Shown piece after piece: positions 57,611 to 64,000 of a stretch of 64,000 nt of DNA. How positions within the stretch are numbered: the first letter of the stretch is position 1; each line of letters opens with the position of its first letter. This DNA is from Halopseudomonas maritima. Its GTDB lineage: Bacteria; Pseudomonadota; Gammaproteobacteria; Pseudomonadales; Pseudomonadaceae. The DNA lies in contig NZ_CP079801.1 in the NCBI RefSeq assembly GCF_021545785.1, positions 2,826,057 through 2,890,056 of the forward strand, written 5' to 3'. The notes beneath the pieces are model-generated. The model was given only the letters and a program-made list of their open reading frames with translations, was not told the origin of the DNA and ran no database searches. Made by a program: the position numbers and the translations under genes.

Positions 57611-58569
57611 TGGTGAAATGGTCGCGACACCTTGCCTGTTGTTCTGCCGCGGTGCTGATGGCAGCGCCGCTGGCTCAGGCCAAGGATGCAGGACAGTTGT
57701 TGCGCGGCATGGCCGACGCGGTTGATCAGCAAAGCTATCAGGGAGCGTTCGTTTACGAACGCTCCGGCAGTTTCAGTACCCACCATATCTGGCGTCAAAC
57801 TGACGACGACGGCGTGACCGAACGTCTGCTCCGGGCTGATGGAGAGCCCCAGGAGTGGTTGCGCCGCGACGGTCGTTTGCAATGCGCCAGCTCCTATTTC
57901 GCGGTGTCCGACTGGCAGGGGGCTGCTTCTCAAGCGGTTGACCCGGCACGTCTGCAGCGCTGGTATGCGCTTGAGGTGCTGGGTAGTACGCGGGTGGCAG
58001 ATCGTCCTGTCACCGTGGTGGCGCTCAAGCCCCGAGATGTCTTTCGTTATGCCTATGAACTGTATCTCGACGATGAAACCGGTCTGTTGCTCAAGTCATT
58101 GTTGATCAATGAGCGCAATGTGCTGCTCGAGCGCTTTCAGTTCGTCGATGTGAATTTCTCCTTGCCAGATGACGCGCTGGAGGTTGGTTCTCGCTGCCTG
58201 CCATTGAATGCTGCGCAGCCGGAAAAGCTCGTGGATGCCTCTGACTGGCAGCCAGGCTGGTTGCCGCCCGGCTACACCGCAGGTGACTCGATGGTGCGCG
58301 CTCTGGCGTCCGGTGAGCCAGCTGTGATGACCCGGGTGTACAGCGATGGCTTGGCGCGCTTTACCGTGTTCGTCGAGCCGCTGGGTGAGGAGCGCCCGGC
58401 GGACAATCTGGCGGCGCAACTCGGCCCGACAGTGGCGATCAGCCGGAGACTCCAGGTCGAGGGGCAGACCTATCTGGCCACGATCGTTGGTGAGATACCG
58501 CCAGCAACTGCTGAGCGCATCGCTGCTTCCTTTCCTCACGCCGCCGTTTCGGCAGAGGCGTTGCCGTGA
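57610..58569 (+). CDS. mucB: Sigma-E regulatory protein MucB/RseB
   Basis: 319 aa, signal peptide, RseB lipoprotein-carrier-like fold; start overlaps the mucA stop. Confidence 0.9.
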   Translation: MVKWSRHLACCSAAVLMAAPLAQAKDAGQLLRGMADAVDQQSYQGAFVYERSGSFSTHHIWRQTDDDGVTERLLRADGEPQEWLRRDGRLQCASSYFAVSDWQGAASQAVDPARLQRWYALEVLGSTRVADRPVTVVALKPRDVFRYAYELYLDDETGLLLKSLLINERNVLLERFQFVDVNFSLPDDALEVGSRCLPLNAAQPEKLVDASDWQPGWLPPGYTAGDSMVRALASGEPAVMTRVYSDGLARFTVFVEPLGEERPADNLAAQLGPTVAISRRLQVEGQTYLATIVGEIPPATAERIAASFPHAAVSAEALP

Positions 58570-59027
58570 TTGAGGAGCGGGGGCGGGTGTTGAGTGTGGA
58601 GCCCGGCGCGGTCTGGGTGCAGACCATGCGCAGCAGCACCTGTGGAAGTTGCGCGGCCAAGGCTGGTTGCGGGCAGGGGTTGCTGCAACGACTGGGTGCC
58701 GGCGGGCGAATGGGGTTTGTACGGGCCCTGACGGAACGTCAGTGGCAGGTTGGGGATGAAGTGTTGATCGGCGTGCCCGAAGACGCCCTGGTGCGCGGCG
58801 CGCTCTGGGTTTATCTGGTGCCCTTGGCGTTGTTGTTTGCTGCCGCGCTGGCAGTGCAGGGGATAGGTGGCTCCGAGCCGCAGGTCATTTTGGCCGCGCT
58901 CCTCGGCCTGAGTTCAGGTTTTGTACTGGTCCGTTGGCATGGGCAGCGCGCCCGCCACAACCCGCAGCTGACGCCGCAGGTGCTACGCGCCGCCAGCCTC
59001 GATGGGGTGCCGCTGACGAACCTGTGA
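58566..59027 (+). CDS. mucC: RseC/MucC-family protein
   Basis: 153 aa; N-terminal Cys cluster CGSCAAKAGCG plus 2 TMs. Confidence 0.85.
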   Translation: MIEERGRVLSVEPGAVWVQTMRSSTCGSCAAKAGCGQGLLQRLGAGGRMGFVRALTERQWQVGDEVLIGVPEDALVRGALWVYLVPLALLFAAALAVQGIGGSEPQVILAALLGLSSGFVLVRWHGQRARHNPQLTPQVLRAASLDGVPLTNL

Positions 59028-59068
59028 AGTGCGATGTTCCTTGAGACAAGTGAGGAGAATACGGGCGT

Positions 59069-60487
59069 ATGTTGTCGCTGAGACGTTTGGCCCTGGTGGC
59101 TACAAGTATTTGTGTAATGAGCTGGCAGTCGCTGGCATTGGCGGTGGACCTGCCGGACTTTACCGAGCTGGTTGAGGAAGCATCGCCAGCGATTGTTAAT
59201 ATCAGCACACGGCAAAAGGCAGCTAGCCAGAATGTGGTGCAAGGCATGCCTGATCTTGAGGGGATGCCGCCGCTGTTTCGCGAGTTTTTTGAGCGCAGCT
59301 TTCCCCAAGCGCCTTCCCCGCGCGAGCGAGAGACTCCGCAGTCCCTCGGTTCCGGTTTTATCATCTCCCATGACGGCTATGTGTTGACCAATAATCATGT
59401 GGTCGCTGATGCCGACGAGATTTTTGTGCGTCTGTCGGACCGCCGTGAACTGCAGGCAGAACTGGTCGGTGCCGATCCGCGTTCTGATCTGGCGCTGCTG
59501 AAGATCGATGCCGGCGGCGACCTGCCGGTGGTCAAGATTGGCAAGTCGGCCGAGCTCAAACCCGGTGAGTGGGTGCTGGCGATTGGTTCGCCCTTCGGTT
59601 TCGACTACTCGGTTACGGCCGGTATCGTCAGCGCCAAGGGGCGCAGTCTGCCGAACGAGAACTATGTACCGTTCATTCAGACTGATGTGGCGATCAACCC
59701 GGGTAACTCCGGTGGCCCGCTGTTCAATCTGGAGGGTGAGGTTGTAGGCATCAACTCCCAGATATTTACCCGCTCGGGCGGCTTTATGGGCCTGTCGTTT
59801 GCCATTCCGATGGATGTCGCGATGGATGTGGTCGCGCAGATCAAGGACAGCGGCAGTGTGCAGCGCGGCTGGCTGGGTGTGGTGATCCAGGAGGTCAACA
59901 AGGATCTGGCCGAGTCGTTTGATCTGCCCAAGCCCGCCGGTGCACTGGTTGCCCAGATCATGCCGGGCGGCCCGGCAGACAAGGGTGGTCTGAAAGTCGG
60001 TGACGTGATTCTTGAGTTCAATGGTCACGAGGTGGTGCGTTCCTCTGATCTGCCCCACGCTGTTGGGCGTGTCCGCCCGGGCGCCGAGGCGTCGCTGGTG
60101 GTGATGCGTGACAAGGAGCGCAAGACCCTGCGCATGGAAGTGGGTGCGCTGCCCGATGATGATAACGTTGCGGCGCTGGCCAGTGATGCGCCGGCCCAGG
60201 CGACCTCTTCCAACCGTCTGGGCGTCACGGTGGTCGAGCTGAGCGACGAGCAGAAGAAAAATCTGGATATCCACTCTGGCGTGGTGGTGCGCGAAGTCAT
60301 GCGGGGTCCGGGTGCCATGGTTGGTCTGCGTCCGGGTGACATCATCACCAATCTCGACAACCAGTCGGTGGACTCGGTCGAGACGTTCACCCAGATTGCT
60401 GGCGAGCTGCCGGACAATCGCTCCATCTCGATGCGCGTGATTCGCCAGGGGCGCGCCAGCTATATTACCTTCCGTCTGGCGGAGTGA
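59069..60487 (+). CDS. mucD: Periplasmic serine endoprotease DegP/MucD (HtrA family)
   Basis: 472 aa; trypsin-like domain (GNSGGPL) plus two PDZ domains; signal peptide. Confidence 0.9.
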   Translation: MLSLRRLALVATSICVMSWQSLALAVDLPDFTELVEEASPAIVNISTRQKAASQNVVQGMPDLEGMPPLFREFFERSFPQAPSPRERETPQSLGSGFIISHDGYVLTNNHVVADADEIFVRLSDRRELQAELVGADPRSDLALLKIDAGGDLPVVKIGKSAELKPGEWVLAIGSPFGFDYSVTAGIVSAKGRSLPNENYVPFIQTDVAINPGNSGGPLFNLEGEVVGINSQIFTRSGGFMGLSFAIPMDVAMDVVAQIKDSGSVQRGWLGVVIQEVNKDLAESFDLPKPAGALVAQIMPGGPADKGGLKVGDVILEFNGHEVVRSSDLPHAVGRVRPGAEASLVVMRDKERKTLRMEVGALPDDDNVAALASDAPAQATSSNRLGVTVVELSDEQKKNLDIHSGVVVREVMRGPGAMVGLRPGDIITNLDNQSVDSVETFTQIAGELPDNRSISMRVIRQGRASYITFRLAE

Positions 60488-60645
60488 TCCGCTCTGTTGG
60501 CCGGTTATCGGTGGTAGCAAGCTCCCGATGACCGGCCCTGGCGGCGATAGCGACATCGCCGCTAATCAGGTACACTCGCCGGCTGTTTTGGGGACTCTTC
60601 CCCGTCATCGCCATGTCTGGCAACCCTGTCTGGATGATCCGCGCC

Positions 60646-62445
60646 GTGAGTGACCTGAGCCTGATTCGCAACTTTTCCATTATTGCCCACATCGACCACG
60701 GCAAGTCGACGCTAGCTGACCGCTTTATTCAGCTGTGCGGTGCCCTGAGCGAGCGGGAAATGGAGGCTCAGGTGCTGGACTCCATGGATCTGGAGCGTGA
60801 GCGCGGTATCACCATCAAGGCGCATAGCGTCACGCTGTATTACACCGCTAAAGACGGCAAAACCTATCAGCTCAACTTTATCGATACCCCCGGTCACGTC
60901 GACTTTCACTACGAAGTCAGCCGCTCGCTGGCAGCCTGTGAGGGTGCCTTGCTGGTGGTGGACGCCGCCCAGGGTGTTGAGGCGCAATCGGTAGCCAACT
61001 GCTACACCGCGATTGAACAAGGCCTGGAGGTCATGCCGGTCCTCAACAAAATCGACCTGCCGCAGGCAGAGCCTGAGCGGGTCAAGGGTGAGATCGAGAG
61101 CGTTATCGGCATCGATGCAACCGACGCAGTGGCCTGTTCGGCCAAGAGCGGCATTGGCGTTGAGGATGTGCTTGAGGCGCTGATCAAAACCATTCCCGCG
61201 CCTGAGGGCGAGATCGAATCGCCCTTGCAGGCGTTGATCATTGACTCCTGGTTCGACAACTATCTGGGTGTGGTGTCGCTGGTGCGCGTCAAGCACGGCC
61301 GCATCAAGAAAGGTGACAAGGTGCTGGTCAAGTCGACTGGCAAGTTTCACCAGGTCGACAGCGTGGGCGTGTTCAGCCCCAAGCACACCGAAACCGCGGA
61401 CCTGAAAGCGGGCGAGGTAGGCTTCATCATCGCCGGTATCAAGGACATTCACGGCGCGCCGGTAGGCGACACCCTGACCCTGTCGGCAACCCCAGACGTA
61501 GCCCCGCTGCCCGGTTTTCAGAAGGTCAAGCCGCAGGTGTATGCCGGTCTGTTCCCGGTTAGCTCTGATGATTTTGAGGATTTTCGCGAGGCGTTGCAGA
61601 AGCTGACTCTCAACGACGCCGCGCTGCAGTTCGAGCCAGAGAGCTCCGAGGCACTGGGCTTTGGTTTCCGCATCGGCTTCCTGGGCATGCTGCACATGGA
61701 GATCATCCAGGAGCGCCTGGAGCGCGAATATGACCTGGATCTGATCACCACGGCACCGACGGTGGTGTTCGAGGTAGTGAAAAAAGGTGGCGAGATCATC
61801 TACGTCGATAACCCTTCACTGCTGCCTGACCCTTCGGTCATCGAAGAAATGCGCGAGCCGATTGTGCGCGCCAACATTCTGGTACCGCAGGACCACCTGG
61901 GCAGCGTGATTACCCTGTGCGTCGAGAAGCGCGGCGTGCAGCATGACATGGTTTTTCTCGGCACGCAGGTTCAGGTTACCTATGATCTGCCGATGAATGA
62001 GGTGGTACTCGACTTCTTCGACCGGCTAAAGTCGGTCAGCCGCGGCTATGCCTCGCTGGATTACAGTTTTGATCGCTTCCAGGCGGCCAAGTTGGTGCGT
62101 CTGGATATCTTGATCAATAGTGAAAAGGTCGACGCGCTGGCGTTGATCGTGCACCGTGACAACGCAGCCTACAAAGGTCGCCAGCTGGTCGAGAAGATGA
62201 AGGACCTGATTCCGCGTCAGATGTTTGATGTGGCTATTCAGGCAGCGATTGGCGGCCAGATCGTCGCCCGTTCGACGGTGAAGGCTCTGCGCAAGAACGT
62301 ATTGGCCAAGTGCTACGGCGGTGATGCCAGCCGTAAGAAGAAGCTGCTGGAGAAGCAGAAGGCCGGTAAGAAGCGCATGAAGCAGGTAGGTAGTGTGGAA
62401 ATCCCGCAGGATGCATTCCTCGCGGTGCTCAAGGTCGACAATTAG
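60646..62445 (+). CDS. lepA: Elongation factor 4 (LepA)
   Basis: About 599 aa from GTG 60646 ([27 protein letters not shown]). Confidence 0.95.
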   Translation: MSDLSLIRNFSIIAHIDHGKSTLADRFIQLCGALSEREMEAQVLDSMDLERERGITIKAHSVTLYYTAKDGKTYQLNFIDTPGHVDFHYEVSRSLAACEGALLVVDAAQGVEAQSVANCYTAIEQGLEVMPVLNKIDLPQAEPERVKGEIESVIGIDATDAVACSAKSGIGVEDVLEALIKTIPAPEGEIESPLQALIIDSWFDNYLGVVSLVRVKHGRIKKGDKVLVKSTGKFHQVDSVGVFSPKHTETADLKAGEVGFIIAGIKDIHGAPVGDTLTLSATPDVAPLPGFQKVKPQVYAGLFPVSSDDFEDFREALQKLTLNDAALQFEPESSEALGFGFRIGFLGMLHMEIIQERLEREYDLDLITTAPTVVFEVVKKGGEIIYVDNPSLLPDPSVIEEMREPIVRANILVPQDHLGSVITLCVEKRGVQHDMVFLGTQVQVTYDLPMNEVVLDFFDRLKSVSRGYASLDYSFDRFQAAKLVRLDILINSEKVDALALIVHRDNAAYKGRQLVEKMKDLIPRQMFDVAIQAAIGGQIVARSTVKALRKNVLAKCYGGDASRKKKLLEKQKAGKKRMKQVGSVEIPQDAFLAVLKVDN

Positions 62446-62466
62446 GGACGGTAAGCTCGAACGATG

Positions 62467-63345
62467 ATGCATCTCAATTTTCCGCTGGTGCTGGTTATCG
62501 CGGTCGCAGTCAGCGGCTTTCTGGCGTTGCTGGACCGGGTGCTATTGGCACCGCGTCGTCGTCGTGCTGTTGCCAGCTACGAGGCTCAGGTTGATGTGGC
62601 TGATCCGCAGACTGTCGAGCGGCTGGAAAAGGAACCGCTGCTGGTCGAGTACGGCAAGTCGTTTTTTCCGGTCCTAGCCATTGTGCTGGTGCTGCGCTCC
62701 TTCCTGGTTGAGCCGTTCCAGATTCCGTCCGGCTCCATGAAGCCCACCCTCGAGGTGGGTGACTTCATTCTGGTCAACAAGTTTGCCTACGGTATTCGTT
62801 TGCCGGTGATCGACACCAAGGTCATCCCGATTGGTGATCCGCAACGGGGCGATGTCATGGTGTTTCGCTACCCGAATAACCCGTCGATCAATTACATCAA
62901 GCGGGTTGTTGGCTTGCCGGGTGATCACATTCGCTATGCGGGCAAACAGTTGTATATCAACGGCCAGAAGATTGAGCACGAACTGGTCGAGATTGTGCCG
63001 GATGATGAAGTGCCCGCTGGCCATCCTTTACAGGCGATGGCAAATGCAGCCATTTATCATGAGCAGTTAGGCGAGGCCAGCCACCTGATCCGTCAGAAGC
63101 AACTATCGCAAGCACCCAAGCCGAACGAGTGGGTGGTACCGCAGGGATATTACTTCATGATGGGCGACAACCGTGACAACTCGAACGACAGCCGCTATTG
63201 GCAATCAGCTGAAATGCCGCAAGAGTTGTGGGGAATGGTTCCAGACAACTATATTGTAGGGAAGGCTTTTGCCGTGTGGATGCATTGGCCGGAGCCCAAG
63301 CTCAGCAACTTGCCAAGTTTCTCGAGCGTCGCCCTGATCCATTGA
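62467..63345 (+). CDS. lepB: Signal peptidase I
   Basis: N-terminal TM then catalytic Ser (GSMKPTL) and Lys (KRVVGLPGD) boxes and the GDNRDNSNDSRYW box E. Confidence 0.9.
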   Translation: MHLNFPLVLVIAVAVSGFLALLDRVLLAPRRRRAVASYEAQVDVADPQTVERLEKEPLLVEYGKSFFPVLAIVLVLRSFLVEPFQIPSGSMKPTLEVGDFILVNKFAYGIRLPVIDTKVIPIGDPQRGDVMVFRYPNNPSINYIKRVVGLPGDHIRYAGKQLYINGQKIEHELVEIVPDDEVPAGHPLQAMANAAIYHEQLGEASHLIRQKQLSQAPKPNEWVVPQGYYFMMGDNRDNSNDSRYWQSAEMPQELWGMVPDNYIVGKAFAVWMHWPEPKLSNLPSFSSVALIH

Positions 63346-63391
63346 GGGTGCCAGACAGGACATAACATCAACAACGGACTATGAGGTAATT

Positions 63392-63769
63392 ATGCGCCAC
63401 TCCCAGAAAGGGGCATCCTTCTTCGGCTGGTTGGCGGTCATCGCCCTGCTTGTTTTCGGCATGGTCATTGCGATGAAGCTGGTTCCCATCTACATGGATC
63501 ATTACTCTCTGCGCAATATCATCACTACGGTCAATGAAGACCCGAGCGTGAAGATCAACTCCCTGCGCGACCTGAACAGCTACATCCAAAAGGGCATGCA
63601 GCTGAACAGTATCCGCGACATCGACGCCAAGGAAGCGATCGAGACCACCCAGAGTGGTCAGAATGCCTACACCGTGGTGCTCAAGTACGAAGTGCGCGCG
63701 CCACTCCTCAATACAGTGGACCTGTTGGTGCACTTTGACGAAACCTTTATTGTCAGACCTCTCAAGTGA
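63392..63769 (+). CDS. DUF4845-domain protein
   Basis: 125 aa; single TM; the conserved small ORF between lepB and rnc in pseudomonads. Confidence 0.6.
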   Translation: MRHSQKGASFFGWLAVIALLVFGMVIAMKLVPIYMDHYSLRNIITTVNEDPSVKINSLRDLNSYIQKGMQLNSIRDIDAKEAIETTQSGQNAYTVVLKYEVRAPLLNTVDLLVHFDETFIVRPLK

Positions 63770-64000
63770 GCAATAAGCTAGACCGACTCGAACGTAAGAT
63801 TGGCTATACATTCAAGGACCAGGAGCTGCTGCTGCTGGCCTTGACCCACCGCAGCCTGGGTGGCCGTAACAATGAGCGCCTAGAGTTTCTGGGCGACTCG
63901 ATCCTCAATTTCGTCGCCGCCGAAATGCTCTTCCAACACTTTCCCCAAGCCCGTGAAGGGCAGCTTTCGCGCCTGCGTGCACGGCTGGTGAAGGGCGTCA
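63766..64000 (+). CDS. rnc: ribonuclease III (5' part; continues beyond the window)
   Basis: GTG start overlapping the upstream stop (GTGA); RNase III signature [26 protein letters not shown]. Confidence 0.9.
   Translation, partial: MSNKLDRLERKIGYTFKDQELLLLALTHRSLGGRNNERLEFLGDSILNFVAAEMLFQHFPQAREGQLSRLRARLVKGV

Noticed and set aside
60487-60645. Long imperfect hairpin (GGCCGGTTATCGG...CCGATGACCGGCC) after mucD as a functional element
   Set aside because: Probably just the mucD terminator or lepA leader structure. Nothing distinguishes it from ordinary intergenic secondary structure
1-64000. CRISPR arrays, tRNA, rRNA genes
   Set aside because: No evenly spaced direct repeats with unique spacers, no cloverleaf-like sequences, and no rRNA-like conserved stretches were seen on either strand

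Overview
High-GC (~65%) gamma-proteobacterial chromosomal segment, Pseudomonas-like. Anchored by housekeeping genes: dsbC tail-hom-thrC (0-3 kb); prfB (with its programmed +1 frameshift)-lysS (45.6-48.3 kb); ung, ygfZ, sdhE-ygfX, nadB, algU-mucABCD, lepA-lepB-rnc (50-64 kb). Between these lies a mostly accessory/regulatory stretch: ohr, a YpfJ metallopeptidase, an MBL-hydrolase/LysR pair, a six-gene gabD-gabT-like catabolic cluster, a frameshifted two-PAS MCP (BdlA-like), several c-di-GMP enzymes, one IS481-family insertion, and two separate PspA/IM30 loci. The most interesting feature is a tightly coupled operon at 28.9-39.0 kb: YjfI-like protein, PspA/IM30 (ESCRT-III-like), YqiJ/NfeD-like membrane protein, flotillin (YqiK-like), a 1741-aa protein ending in a MoxR/AAA_5-type ATPase domain, and a single-HKD PLD/Nuc-family protein, followed by yaeQ-recJ. 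A perfect 13-bp inverted repeat sits over its promoter. The combination looks like an uncharacterised membrane-remodelling or envelope-stress/defence module; its mechanism cannot be read from sequence. Other notable items: IS481 inserted at a CTAG site 10 bp upstream of a globin-coupled-sensor GGDEF-EAL gene and at the tip of a 351-bp element with 27-bp perfect terminal inverted repeats; odd tandem-heptamer hairpin repeats downstream of hom and lysS; a 366-bp hairpin-dense intergenic block; tandem paralogous secreted 110-aa proteins. No rRNA, tRNA or CRISPR array was found. Many long antisense ORFs in the track are GC-rich artefacts.
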